From Tubulanus polymorphus (Eukaryota > Animalia > Nemertea): 64,000 nucleotides of DNA. The notes under the pieces were generated by a model that was not told where the DNA came from, did no database searches, and was given only the letters and a program-made list of their open reading frames with translations. This document shows, in pieces, positions 24,901 through 38,550 of this stretch (the stretch's first letter is position 1; the number at the start of each line of letters is the position of its first letter). The position numbers were made by a program, and so were the translations under genes. Location of the stretch: positions 10,014,451-10,078,450 of the forward strand of contig NC_134035.1 of the NCBI RefSeq assembly GCF_964204645.1, given 5' to 3'.

Positions 24901-27900
24901 CCCATCCTAGTTCTATAGTCAATCTTACAGCCTGAGACCAGTTTAAGCCCATCTAAAAACCTGAGACTAGTCTTAAAATTTAGACTTGAACTGGTTTAAG
25001 ATTAAGACTTTTGGACTTAAGTTTCGACTATATTGAGCTGACCAGTTTATGATAAATTCGTAAATTTATCAAACTGTAAAAATACTTTATCTACGCTTAT
25101 TCTAAATTTTCTTTTAAGTTAAATACTTATAGCGTATGCAGGGAAAGCTAAATTTCGTTAGAGCGTTTGAAATGTTTGATGAAATTCGAGTGTTTGAGGA
25201 TACATCGGTTCTGAGAACTAACGCGTACCGAATGGATTCGTTCGGTAACGATATTCGCGTATAGAGCCAGAGGTTTAACCGGTGCCTGATTGGGCTAATT
25301 ATCACCAACGCTACGAGGAGGAGGCTTGTGTACCGGATCTGCCCCCACTGCGTCCAACATCGACGCAAAGACTGCGGAGATAATCGCGCGCAAAATCCGT
25401 GCCGCCGATTATTCCCCGGTTACTCGACGAAACGCTGCGCAATTTAGAAGAATGTTTCCCGAAAGGTTAGTTTTAAGTCGGGGGGATTATCATCGGCGGA
25501 GAAATCCGAGATAACAAACTCGGCGCACGTCATCATAGCGGCAAAATATTCCGCATCTGAAAAATGTAGCGAAGACTTAACGCTTCAAGATTTCGAGTTT
25601 AAAAAAATGTTAATTTCTTTTGTAAGAAAACACGGCTAGAATCGAACCGTTACTTGCAACACAGAACGAAGTTTATCACAATGGAAATGATAATCTATTC
25701 CATACAATTGATATGTACAATTTTGATTTGAGAAATAAGGTTGCTGACGGCGGACGGCCCAGTGCACGCCGGTAGGCTTATAGGCATTAGATTCTCATTC
25801 GTTCGAAAAGTATTCATTCAGTCATTGTTGAAAATGCGATGCCGTTGTTAAAAGCGAATATATGTAGTTTCGGAAAAGTGATCGGTTTCGTGAAAATTGT
25901 TGAATTGGTGAGAGGTGCTATCGTGGAGGTTATTCGGGTGTAGACGTCTGCGAGACAAGGCAAGAAGCTGCGCGCTCGGCCTGTGATGTTAGCCGCTTCA
26001 ACCGTATCAATAGCTGACTGTTTGACGGCAAGCAGGTGTCCGGGTTATGTCTGTACAACTTTTCATTAGTTTTACCGCAGAGAAAGAGAACGAAACGATC
26101 GAACGATTGTGTTTTTGTTTCTCTGCTTGTACGGGATACAGTTCCTCGGAGAATACACAGGATCGGGCTGTATTGTGCGGTTGAGGTTATAATTGATTCG
26201 ATGGAATGCATCGAAATAATCGATGTAAAAATTCGAAAAGTTCAAATATTCTACCTTAGCCAGCCCGACCACTGTTGCACAGTCGTGACCTAAGTCTAAA
26301 AATGGTGTTAGATCTTAAGACTAAAGTTGTTATATCGGTAATAGAACTAAGACCATGGTCTTAAATCTAAGCCATGGCTAAGTAACCGACCTTAAAGTCT
26401 CAAATTGAAACCACCAATTTTAGGTTTTCAGACTGATGTTGCAGAGACATTCGTCCAGCTTTGGTATCTGGAAAATTCAGGGGCAGATCTAGGAAAATTA
26501 GAAGGCCGGGGTCTAGAAGAAAATGAAATGCATTTCTCGGATAAGCGGCCAAGTCGACGACCTCCATCGAGGTTCTACGTGGTTCCGCCCTCGGTTTTAG
26601 ATAATTTTGAAGAAAGGTTGCAACTTTCGAGAAGATGAGTCTCGAATGTTCAGAGTTCAACGATAAGGGCTTCCTCAATGGGAAAGCAAGGGTCCGGATC
26701 CCCGATACCTGCCCCTAAATCCGCCCCTGGAGATGAGTCAGTTCTAATCCCATCTGAAGATTTATTATACTCAAACCAGGTAATCATTGTTCTGAAGAAT
26801 TAGTATAGAAAGATCTAACCCATAGAAAAGCCTGCATTAGAAAATATAGAATTTGACACGAACGGGAAGCTTTGGCCTCTGCTGACTAACATTTAAACTC
26901 GAGGTTGATACACAGCGATCGGTGTATTTAACGTTTCAAACTTGATTGATTGATCTCAGCTCAACGTGAAATCTCTGAAAACTTTTTCTATACCTTCGTT
27001 TTCTCGCTCGGAGCGCTTACATTAGTTTTTGTCAGCTGATAAGATTCTGATAAGGGATCACACCGGATCGTAGTCTATAGAACACAGAGACTAGACGGGT
27101 GGAAAAAGTAGCCGCCTTACTTAACCCCATAGAAGTTAAATTGAGATTCCAGTTTTGACCTCTCTCTCTCTCTCTCTCTCCCTCGTTCGTAAAAGCAACA
27201 AACACGACGATAGCAAATCATAAATAGCGTCGATCTTATTTTCAATAGAAAAAAACCTACTTCACTCGAAAACTAAGTTCGCTATTTCATACGTTGAATC
27301 TGTTACGGCACATAATAACCTTAGATAATTTACCTGCATACAGTAAATGGGAGTTAGAAAAGAAAATGTCATAGAATAGCATCATATGTATTTTCTTAAC
27401 ATGTTACTTTAGCCCTAGTTTAAACGTGCACATGGATTTTCACACTACTGAGTTAACTTATTAAACTTAGTTAGTACCTCAGAAGTTAGGAAGAATCAAA
27501 ATCAATAAAGAACTGACGGAGATGGTCGTTTTTGTTAATTTCAAAATTTCCATAAAGTATTCTTGTAGTGGTGCGTTTATTGTGGTTTATCGCACATTAA
27601 TAACTATTTTGGAATTAAAATGTGTATAATTGTATTGGATCGTGTCATTATTTCGAATATCTCTTTCTTAATAGTTTCTAACGAATAAAACCTGTATCTA
27701 TGTAAAGACCCGACTCTCGAGACGTAGCACGCTTAACACTCGTAACACTTATACTTTTTTTCGTATAATGAAATGTTTTCGTTTCGTAGTAATATGATAG
27801 TAAATTTTCCCGAGGAGATTAATGCCTGAAAAAGTGTCCATAAACTGCGCGTTCGGGAAATTACAAGTCGTGTACAGTAGCTGTAACGAAGGCTATAAAT

Positions 27901-29154
27901 CGGACGGGATTTTTTCTACGCAGAATGTACGAAAATCTCGTTATACTCGCTGAATAGGTTCTTTATATGTAGGGATACGTCTTCGCCGAGACGGAGCTTT
28001 TACTTATTACTGGTGAAAAAAAGTTAAATATCTTGCCTGAACTTGATTTATAGACTTAGAATAGGCGAAAATATATCGGTTTGGGAATATCGTGGTTAGA
28101 AATTCATTGAACTATCATTAGAAATACGTGAAAATGGTAACACACTCCATATCCGTGTTGTGACGAAAATATGTAGAGAATCCATCAATAATAATGAAAA
28201 AAAAATTATATAAAGTCCGAAAATGTTTCCTTGAGCTAGTAGTTTATTCAATGAAGATGACTATAAGAATAAAGTCGAAACGTTTAATAAACTAGCCCCA
28301 GGAAACATTTCTGACTTAATGTTATTTTTTCGTTATTATTGTGGGGTTCTCTACTTATCGAATAAGGATAGTTTTTTATGAATACAAGAGATATTTTGAT
28401 TCATGTTTTCAATGTTATTCGTTTCTTATTTTTAGTTTTGAAAGTACGAATACAAAAGACGACGACGGAAGGGGAAGATTCCGTGATCAACATCAAGAAA
28501 AAGAAGAAATGGTTCAAAAAGGAGAACATGGCGAAAAACGACCTCAAAAGAACGGCATTCCATCTGAAAGCGGGCACGAAATGCGAGTGCAACCGTCTTC
28601 AAGGTCAGATCAGAGATAACTATCTCATCATGGGCAAAAAAGTGGACGATAAATTAGTTTTGTCCTACGCCCTGAAGTGGGATAAGAAGAGTCGACCTCT
28701 GAAGAGAGCGATGAAGGCGGCGCGAAAGAAATCGATATGCAAAGGTGGGGTGGAAGTACTGAAGGCGACCGATTCGCAAGATGTACAGGACAAAGGCAAC
28801 CAGGGTAAAGGCAAGGGCAAAAAGGGAAAAGGAAAGGGCAAAGGGAAAAAGGGCAAAGGTAAAGGAGGAAAGGGTAGGAAGGGAAAGAAGGGAAAGAAGG
28901 GCAAGAAGGGTAAAAAATCGAGACGGAACAAGAACAGGAAGACGACGCCGAGACCGACATTACAGGATGTTGTTTTTCGACGGAAAAGAGACACTTTCTC
29001 AGTCGAGCGAGTTTCCGATCTTGACGAGGATAACGATAATAATATAAACATCGATGACGAAGATATTCGCGTGAAGAGAGACGTTTCCATCGATAAATCG
29101 GAATTCGTCGATGACGTCGACGACGAAGATGTCGCCGAACATGATGAAGAATAA
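18924..29154 (+). CDS. SFRP1/2/5: Secreted frizzled-related protein, sFRP1/2/5 group (CRD + NTR) with extended C-terminal tail, 451 aa
   Basis: Exons 18924-19482 (signal peptide + Frizzled CRD: CVDIPKNLTLC..GY..MRLPNLLGH...FLCSLFSPVCLDR.IWPCRSLC...GFPWPEM..CDKF), 22770-22847 (CAPC...YCRAEF) and 28436-29154 (NTR: C.C...YLIMGKK...W...C, then tail). The three-exon, phase-1 layout is typical of sFRP1/2/5. Confidence 0.93.
20850..20989. mobile_element. MITE family A, full-length copy (reverse orientation)
   Basis: TIRs gggcccagttgctcagtcgtg / cacgactatgcaaccggcccc with a 3-bp duplication TGA/TGA. Confidence 0.85.
24815..25043. mobile_element. MITE family A, degenerate copy with internal duplication
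   Basis: cggttccacagtcatggcttagacttaaggccagtct...ttttggacttaagtttcgacta matches the family consensus. Confidence 0.6.
26265..26391. mobile_element. MITE family A, degenerate reverse copy
   Basis: gttgcacagtcgtgacctaagtctaaaaatggt...tctaagccatggcta. Confidence 0.6.
26478..26729. mobile_element. Non-autonomous TIR element (CAGGGGCGGATC-type, hAT-like)
   Basis: caggggcagatctagg ... cctaaatccgcccctg inverted ends; no clear TSD. Confidence 0.5.
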
Positions 29155-30954
29155 AATGACTAAACCGTTGTACACGTGCATCGAACTCGACTCGGACAAC
29201 GGGTGAACTATGAGAATTCTTTTTAAGATTTTGTACAAATCGTTTTAAACTTTACCAACGCGTTGATATATTATTGATCACGATCGGATTCGAAGCAGCT
29301 TGAAATAGAAGAAATCGTGTGGCGAACTAAAACAGATCGATTCGAGGTTGAAAGTGTCTTATTGCTGAATGAGAAAATGGTCAGTAACTGTTTAATGTTT
29401 ATCGTTGGTTTTTGAGTTTCGTGTAAACGCGCTTCAAACGCGTAGTCCTTGTTTGTGACAATCATTTTTGGGCCGGACTGTGGCTTACGGGTGAACGGGC
29501 GTGATAGCTCGAGATTTTTACGAGATCTCGGCTCCCATTGTCGGCTGTGCTATCAATCGTCGTTTTATTATACGAATTTATACAAATTTAAAAACGTAGA
29601 TCTAAATAACATGTTCATGAGTTTCATTTGATCATTTTTGGTAAGAAAGGTTACGTATGTAATAATTATGTTGATGATATCGATATAAATTAGAATCCAG
29701 AAAAAAAGAATTTTTTTACACGTAGTTAGTGTATTCCAGTTATGATGTATTCTACCTCCTAAAATTGCATGAAAATCAATTGACAATATCAAATATCCTA
29801 CTGATATTTGCCTCCGTTATTCGTCGATGAGTTACCGAGTTTCCAAATAGCTATATTAACCCAACTATACCCCGGATCATTGACTATTCACATGATCTTT
29901 TGGCGGTAATCACAAATTCTTGATGACAATATTTCTAGATTTTCCGGTAGATGCTCGTTTTCAATGGGTCCATAACGATCACGTCGTTAATGGTTAAACT
30001 CGATCGGAGGCAAAAACAGTCGAGGGTCCTGTAGAAATAAGCTGTTATTGTCGAACAAATTATTGCTATGCGGAAAATTCTGATATAATCTAATCCAAAA
30101 AAATTATTAAACGTACCGTTAAGAGGCTTTAGCAATTTTTAGACGAGTGTAGAATAATTTTATTTCTCAAATTGAATCCCTTTGCTGGGATTCGAACCTG
30201 ATAGTAAAGATTCATTGATGTCACATCCGGTTCGAATCCATGCGAGGGAATGTATTTCGATGATCGTCGATGTTTTTGATAGTAGTTTCAAGAAGTAAAA
30301 ATAAATTAAAAACTAATTGTTTACAAATTTCAATTGCTTTAATCACGGTTGAAAATAGGTTAACGGAATAATGAGGGTGAAAATTGCTATTATATTATGA
30401 TTATCATTACTATGATTATTATCATTATTGTAAATACTGTATTTAGTAATGTTGTTAAATTGTGTAAAATTCGATGAACAATATTATAATTACGAATAAT
30501 CATAAAAAGAAATAAATCGTGCATTTATAGAACGAAAATATGCACATTCACACGATAAGAAAAATAACTATTTTTCATTCAAATAATTCTCAGAATGTCG
30601 AAAAGGAAGGATATCGGAAAGGACTTGAAATCGTCTGCAATCTACGCAGTTTTTCCCGAAATAGGGGTGCCGTAATTTTCTGAAGAAAACCTCAACAGCA
30701 TTTCAGAAAATGAAGTCATATCAATGTGGGTGTTTTAATCAGAAAGTCTCCAACTGTTTCGGGCAGGTGTAGTGAGTTTGTACGGGGTAATACGAGTAAG
30801 TATGAATCAAATCAACCGACCAAATAGATAAGAGTAAGAGGGACAGCATCCCTTTATCAGGATGCGAAAAAAGCCTGCAACGGAAAATATCGGCAATGCT
30901 AGGAAGAAAAGTAACCAACTAGATTGAAAAAAATCAAATTCGTTAAATACATAT

Positions 30955-31200
30955 ATGAGTCATATTGGGATGATACGTGAATATGAATTGTATATATTGG
31001 CTTAGTCGAGGATTTAGTCAGTTTTAATTCGGTGAAATGTTACTCATTCGCAAGAACACGACACGACAGGAGAAAAGTAACAACAAGATTGCAAAAAATC
31101 TAATTCTGTAAAAATGAGTCATATTCCGATTTGTATGTATCGTCAATTTTAGTCAGTTTTATTTCAGTGAAAAATCTTTCGTTCGCAAGAACACGACACC
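30955..31200 (+). repeat. Diverged short tandem duplication
   Basis: atgagtcatatt...tttagtcagtttta.ttc.gtgaaa...ttcgcaagaacacgacac occurs twice. Confidence 0.65.
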
Positions 31201-32527
31201 AGTAACAAGTTCAGCCGCCGCTGCATTGTGTGTTGGGTTACTCTTCACCGCGGCGAGAGATGTAAATTGAATTCACCTTTTTACCAGCTCTCTCCTTCCT
31301 CTTCCCCTCGAACATGCATGTTTAACGACCTGTACAGATTACGAACACTTTAAGACATATATACATACAAAAACATCCCGACACCGAAACGCTTTGATGT
31401 TCGCCGACGTTCGCACCGGAGCGTGATTGCAAAATACCATTCGCATCCGCATTGTTCATTAACTATCAACTTTCAACAACGTCGATGATTCGTTTTCGAG
31501 TAAAAAATAGCCGTTTCAAAAATTCTTTTTTCACGATTAGTTCCTTTGTTTTTGCTTACCGCGAACGCGAAATAACGGCGGATCGTTAACGCTAGGCGTA
31601 GCTGCCGCTAAAGGAGGTAAATTCCAGAAGGAAATTAGTTCATCATTAGCGCGTTCGTAAATCGTTCGAGTTCCGGAAAAATCTTGAAATAGGTAAATTT
31701 TTCGAATAATATCGAAAAGTTGAAGTGATGGTATGTAGAAGATTGTGTTTGCATTATTGGAACCTGGAAGAAGCTAAATCACCCTGGGGCTTAAATTCGG
31801 TGTTAAAGTTAGTTAGATACCAACATTCACCATTAAACGTTTAACTTAAACCAACTTTTGGGCTGGTCACAAAAATCAAGTCAATCGAGGAAACGAAATC
31901 CATTTAGAAAATAGAAATATGACTTCATTCAACATGGCTTTTCAATCTATATTGAGTTTGGTTCATTTCAACATAAAGAATACGAGTACACGTTTAAGTT
32001 TTTATATTATATTATTGAAAAAAAAGGCGAATGTATGTGGTTTCAGCTAGCAATCTCAGGAACGCCAGTAGCTTCGAACTGCGTCGAGAAAATTGGGAAA
32101 ACTAACTTAACAAAACACGTTTCATTTACTTATTGATTTCGATGTATTTCGTATCAAATGACGCATAACAAATTAATACATGTAATAATAAAATTCACGA
32201 AAGTAAAAATGATTTGTAAAATCATTGGTAGCTTAACACGATTGCCTCAACAGATACCTTCCACTGGAAAATAGATTAGTTCGTCGGTAAAGATTATCGG
32301 GGACTTTTGAATGAGAGATCTTAGCGGATTTACTCAGCAAAAACAAGATAAATCTTTGACACAATTATTTTTCAGATCGCTTTTAACACTAGTTCTGAGA
32401 TATCTCGTATTGAAGACAAACAATAGCACGAAAATGGGAAATAAAATCATACTTTGATATTTTAAACGGACTAACAAAAAAAAATTACAATCAAATCAAC
32501 TAAAGAATTGACTATCATTCACGCTAG

Positions 32528-35064
32528 TCATGTTAACAGCTTGGTGAAGTCGCCGATACATGGCATGTAGAAATCTGGAACCATATTACGGTCGTTTTGA
32601 TCGTCGCTGTTAGCGCAGCGTTCCACGTCGTCTAACTGATGAACACCGGTTAAAACTAGTAATGAGGTACAGTTGATGTTGTGCGCGAACAGTATATCAG
32701 TCGACATTCTAAAAATATACAATATAGTAACGTATGTTATGCATTTATTTGATACGGGTACAATAGGAAATGTATATTTCATTTCACAAAATTACTCAGA
32801 TGGCAGATACTCAATGTCTCCTGAGAGCGGCGGAATAGAGTGTGAGAATTTGAAACACTAATACAATATATAATGACCATTGAAATTTGTTAGATAATCA
32901 GGGTTCGGAAATCCGAGAAGGATCTTTCAAAATTTGTCTTACTTTTTCCTAGAAATATCTTTTAAAGTCATCCTTATTTGTTATGTCGATTATTAAAGCG
33001 AGCCGTTAGCTAGAAAATAGAAGGATTGTCCGTGTACCTGACAGAAAAGTCGTCCTTTAAGAGTCTCGTAAAATCTTAACTCCATTTATACGTGTAAGTG
33101 ATCTTTGATATGTAAACATGAAATAGTTCCCCAGCTTATCTGATCAAGTAGGGGGGAAAGATGTCACCTAAGAACGGGCGGTTCTATTGGAACTAGAATT
33201 CAGTCTCGATGTCCACACGATCATTTACGTACCTATCACCGACCATCACAGTGCGTTTTGGATCGATGTGGTCCAAGTGTTCCAACACCTCGAACAAGTG
33301 TTTACTCGGTTTGCCGACGATGATCGGTTCTCGTTCGCACGGCGTTTTCACGAAGCTTACGATGCTACCCGTACCTACAATCGAGCATCATAAAAAGTAA
33401 ATAATTGTTTGCGCGCATAACCGCGGGCGTTTAAAACATTTCCAAAAAGCGTTATTATAATTAATTCTAGTATAATAATCAACTGCCAATATAGGGTGGT
33501 TTGAGAAATTAGAACCTCTCGGCATCGAGACTCGCCTCAGCACGAAACCCTGACACACTAGACTAGGTATTTTTTTAATCAGTACCTGGAAGACTAAATC
33601 CGCCATTAGAGGGTAACATTTCATCCGCATTCGTAGCGATGAAAAGTACGTCCGGTTTCTTGTATAAATACGTCGTCGTTTTGATGACCTTTGAAAAGTT
33701 TACGCACGGATCAAAACCGACCAGAACACAATTTATATCCGGGTCTTTTTCGAAGGTCCAAGAAGCGTCGAATGTGAAGTTTTCGGGAACTGGATCCGGC
33801 TTAAAAAGCAACATCGATAAGATTAAAATTCACTGCGACTTCTGTCCTAACGATGGTGTTAATAGTGTTAATATAGAGGGTCCGAAAGGTTGTCTTCTGA
33901 TTTTATTTTCTGATAAATAAAATTAGTTTTTAATTCAATTAATCTATCATTTTAAATTTTTTTCGTAAATGGGGTTTTGATTTTTTCACGTCTTTGTGTG
34001 GCAATTCTGTTACGATATTTAATTGATGCCACGGTATTTGTCCACCAATTAACTCTTAACATTTGAGAAACTGGTACCTGTACTAATAAACATGCAAATA
34101 AAATCCTCATGTTTTGCTACTTTTCTATGCCTTACCTGTACACCCCCGGTATACTTAATGCCGACTTCATCCAACTCATCACACATTGCCTTGTTTCCAA
34201 TCATGTAAACTTTTCCTTTGAAGTCTAGTATATTCTTCAGGTAATGCGCAGCGATGTAAGACGAAGTCAACGCTTCATCCTAGGAATAAAATCGAAGTTT
34301 GAATACAAATACAAAGAGACTTATAATATATCAAGTATTTCCAAAAATTCTTAATTTTCCTCAATTGCTCAAAATTGAAATATTTGTACCTACCAGTTCT
34401 GCTTGGATGCCTAATTTCTGCATTTTTTCTAGCAACATCGCTCGCGACTTTGTGCTGTTATTCGTGATGAAATATACGTGTTTTCCCTATTAAACAAAGC
34501 AATTATGATTTAAGATTTTTGAATGGTTCTCACATTGAATATCATAGCAATAGTAGTATAATCAAGAATTACCAATTTTCTGAGAATATTCAAGAATTCA
34601 ACAACCCCAGGGAATGGCGTAGATCCATGCCATAGAACACCTGCAAGAATTTTGTAATAAATGTAAATAAAATTACGGTTTTACATGTTCTATATCTATT
34701 TTCAAGTTCTCACTAAAATCTTTTTTTCATTTCGAATGAACATTTTTACCATCGATGGCTCGTCGATTCGTTGGTTCAAATTCAGCGCGCGAACTATGAA
34801 TGCGCATGACGTCACATGATTATATCTCATACGTTTCGAATCCCGATATATCAAAATTCTACTCAGCTGAGCGGTGATCTGGTTCAATGACCGACCCCTC
34901 GCAATTCGATGCAGACTTTTCGAAAACAATATCATAATTTGAAAGGAATGATATTTACCGTCACAATCGAATAAAAAAGTATCGTGGTCATCCATGAAAC
35001 GCTGAGCATTTTCACTCGTTATTTGATGAGTTTGCTTCGCGACCTTTACCCGAACAGCGGCCAT
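32528..35064 (-). CDS. PGP: HAD class IIA phosphatase (phosphoglycolate/glycerol-3-phosphate phosphatase-like), copy 1, 315 aa
   Basis: Exons 35064-34959, 34640-34573, 34486-34394, 34279-34136, 33799-33586, 33374-33233, 32708-32528. Motifs FLFDCDGVLW, ITNNSTKSR, IATNAD, PGTG, VGKP, MVGDRMSTDI, LVLTG. Confidence 0.9.
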
Positions 35065-35637
35065 TGTGCATTACCGTCAACTGCTGCCACCTGGTTTATC
35101 GGAGTCCGATATTTGGACGAAGACACGGACTATATCATTTTATTAGAACCACCCTAAACGTCACGGTGATATCAGGCGGGGCTCGTATCAGATCAGAGTT
35201 GTATGTACTGTAAAACGTTAATCGGTTAATCCAATGCCAATAATAAATATGAAGTAAATGTTTTAAGATAATATTTTTTATATCATAGACACTATATTAA
35301 CAGATTATCGTCTTACAGGTGCCGCGGCCACAACCTTTCCGCGGAGCGGGCGCACTATGCGGATATTCGTTGCGGTTTATAAGCCCATCGATAATAATAG
35401 CTTACCATCAATGATAAGGTAACTATCTACAGTGATACAAGCCCCTGGAAAATCCATCAAATGTAAAAATCACTCAAATTATTCATTCAAGTGAAGTTTT
35501 ATTGAAAATCTGACCACCGCGTTACGGAGAAAAACGACGATAAGAAATTGGTAGATAAAAATCATACTTTGATATTCAATGGACTAACAAAAGGTTACAA
35601 TCAAATTATCTTAAGAATTGACTATCATTCACGCTAG

Positions 35638-38014
35638 TCATGTTAACAACTTGGTGAAGTCGCCGATACAAGGCATGTAGAAATCTGGAACCATATTACG
35701 GTCGTTTTGATCGTCGCTGTTAGCGCAGCGTTCCACGTCGTCTAACTGATGAACACCGGTTAAAACTAGTAATGAGGTACAGTTGATGTTGTGCGCGAAC
35801 AGTATATCAGTCGACAAACTGAAAATATATAGCATCAGCATCACGGTGTAATATAAGTATAGATTGTCTTGAAGTCTACATATCACAGTTACACAAACTC
35901 AACCGGTCTGATAGGAAAATAATTCCATTGTATACAGAATTTACAAGACGATGAGTTAATCGAAAAAATAATATAATTAATATTCAGAGATCCCGACAAG
36001 AATCTTAACACATTTTGAATATTTTCATTTTGAATATATCTCAGCTTTAGGCGGGAAAGATGTCGCCAAATGACACGATTTAAGAACTGGTTGTTCTTTT
36101 CAGGCCCGTGGCCAGTCATGTCTTTGGGGGGGGGGGGGCGATTTTCATGTCAGTGGAACTTTCTTCGTGGAGATATGGGTCTTTTTTCTTTAATTACTTA
36201 CTTATCACCGACCATCACAGTGCGTTTTGGATCGATGTGGTCAAAATGTTTCAACACCTCGAACAAGTGTCTACTCGGTTTGCCGACAATGATCGGTTCT
36301 CGTCTACACGGCGTTTTCACGAAGCTTACGATACTACCCGTACCTACAATAATGCGTTACTAATTGATAACGTTATAACCGCGAGTTGTATCAGAAAAAA
36401 AATATTTTCGCAGGGATACAGTCGACTCTGCTTTATTCGGAGCTGATTTACTCGTGTTTTCACATATTTTTTAGTAACAATATTACCGGGTTTGCGAATT
36501 GAGAGGCAAAATCTAAGTTTTTAAAACATAGTTCCGAAGCTTTTTAAATCAGTACCTGGAAAACTAAATTCGCCATTAGAGGGTAACATTTCATCTGCAT
36601 CTGTAGCGATGAAAAGTACATCCGGTTTCTTGTATAGATACGTCGTCGTTTTGATGACCTTTGGAAAGGTTACGCCAGGATCGAAACCGACAAGAACGCA
36701 GTTTATATCCGGATCTTTTTCGAAGGTCCAAGAAGTGTCGAAGGTGAAGTTCTCGAGAACTGGATCCGGCTTAAAAATCAACGAAAATTTAAGACGATGG
36801 TCTCTAGAGAAAGGGAAGAGAAAAGGGGTCGAAACGTTGTGTCTTGATTTTAGATTTTGATCAATAGAATTCATTTCAATCTATTAGATTTGCGTATAGT
36901 TGGTTTCAATCTAACCTATCCTATCTCCACGTCAGAGGTGGTTATTCAAATATTGATATTGCAGTCGGTATTTATCCACCGGTTAAATCTTAACTAACTT
37001 TCGAGGAACTGGTTACGGCAAAACCATATGCAATTATACAATCCTCACAATCAGCACCTTTTCTATCACTTACCTGTCCATCCCCGATATACTTAATGCC
37101 GACTTCATCCAACTCATCACACATTGCCTTGTTTCCAATCATGAAAACTTTTCCTTTGAAGTCTAGTACATTTTTCAGGTAATGCGCGGCGATGTAAGAC
37201 GACGTCAATGCTTCATCCTAGAAATAAAATCGCCGGAATATCACAGAATCCTTAATTTTCTTCAATTTTCAAAAAGAACAAAATATGCAACTACCAGTTT
37301 TGCTTGGATGCCGAATTTCTGCATTTTTTCGAGCAACATCGCTCGCGACTTTGTGCTGTTATTCGTGATGAAATAAATGTGTTTTCCCTGTTAAAAAAAT
37401 TATTTCAAATGTCTCTCAGAATGAATATCATAGCAATAGTAGTTAATTAAGAATTACCAATTTCCTGAGAATATTCAAGAATTCAACAACCCCAGGGAAT
37501 GGCGTAGATTCATGCCAAAGAACACCTGCAAGAAATTCGAAACAAATGGGATTCATGGTTTTACATGTTTTATATTTATTTTGAATTTGTCATTAAAATC
37601 TTTTTTCAAGAACTAAATAAATAACAGGGTCAATCCTTATTCTAAGATAAAAAAAGAATGTTTTTTTCTGTTTCAATTGATCGTATCCGTGAATCGATCA
37701 ACGATTATGGGCGTGATCATTCTAGCTCGATTCAAACATACCGCGTGAACTATAAAATGCGCATGACCTTATCGCATCATCTTGTTAAGACGGTTCGAAT
37801 CCCAATATATTGACAATTAAATTATTCTCAGTTGAGCGGTGATTTTGTTCAATGCCCAACCCCTCGCAATCAAAAGCGGGATTTTCAAAAACAACATCAT
37901 ATTTTGAAAGTTATGATATTTACCGTCACAATCGAATAAAAAAGTATCGTGGTCATCCATGAAACGCTGAGCATTTTCACTCGTTATTTGATCAGTTTGC
38001 TTCGCGACCTCCAT
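35638..38014 (-). CDS. PGP: HAD class IIA phosphatase (PGP-like), copy 2, 310 aa
   Basis: Exons 38014-37924, 37525-37458, 37387-37295, 37217-37074, 36769-36556, 36343-36202, 35818-35638. Frame open; ATN becomes ATD and GDR becomes GDN. Confidence 0.85.
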
Positions 38015-38550
38015 TGTGCATTACCGTCTACTGCTGCCACCTGGTTTATCGGAGTCCGATATTTGGACGAAGACACGGACTGTAACATTTTATGGGAGCT
38101 AGTGAGTCCCGGTGAGGGAGCCATCGAGTGTAAAAAGGATAATCTGTTAATCCAGTGTTTATAATACGTGGGTTAGGTTTCGAATTGTGATAAATGATTT
38201 ATTCTTACAGATCCAGGGAAACTTAAAATTCTCTAAGCTTTGACCTGACGACGTTATGACCGAAAACTTGAATGGAAACAGCTCCAGACGGTCCTTCACC
38301 AGTGTCCTCGAAGTGGTCCGTCGCTAACCCTAGTGTAAACATCAGTCCCTTTCAAGAAATCCAATCAAATGAAACTAATCAATCAATCGATTATTCATGA
38401 TTCATAAAGTAAAGTTTTATTCGAAATTCTGACCCGCAGATCTCTAAAGAAACGACTCGACCGTACGAAAATGCTATATAAAATCATACTTTCGGATATC
38501 GATCGGACTGACAAAAAATTATTTAAAGAATTGACTATCATTGACGCTAG

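Noticed and set aside
28628-29090. Minus-strand ORFs rich in F/P/L/S (141 aa, 110 aa)
   Set aside because: Antisense shadows of the low-complexity sFRP Gly-Lys tail.
29140-29154. C-terminal HDEE of sFRP as an ER-retention signal
   Set aside because: KDEL-type signals need a terminal hydrophobic residue (L/F); this fits the acidic composition better.
30175-30245. tRNA gene suggested by B-boxes (also at ~1496-1550)
   Set aside because: No A-box or cloverleaf; likely SINE debris.
35178-35445. Putative TIR element (ggggctcgtatca...tgatacaagcccc) between PGP copies 1 and 2
   Set aside because: No TSD, and part of the interior aligns with the copy 2 upstream region, so an insertion is not demonstrated.
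37984-38088. Upstream ATG as a mitochondrial-targeting extension of PGP
   Set aside because: Out of frame with PGP, with an in-frame TAA just before the main ATG; copy 1 reads ATG ATA TAG. At most a uORF, and the TSS is unknown.
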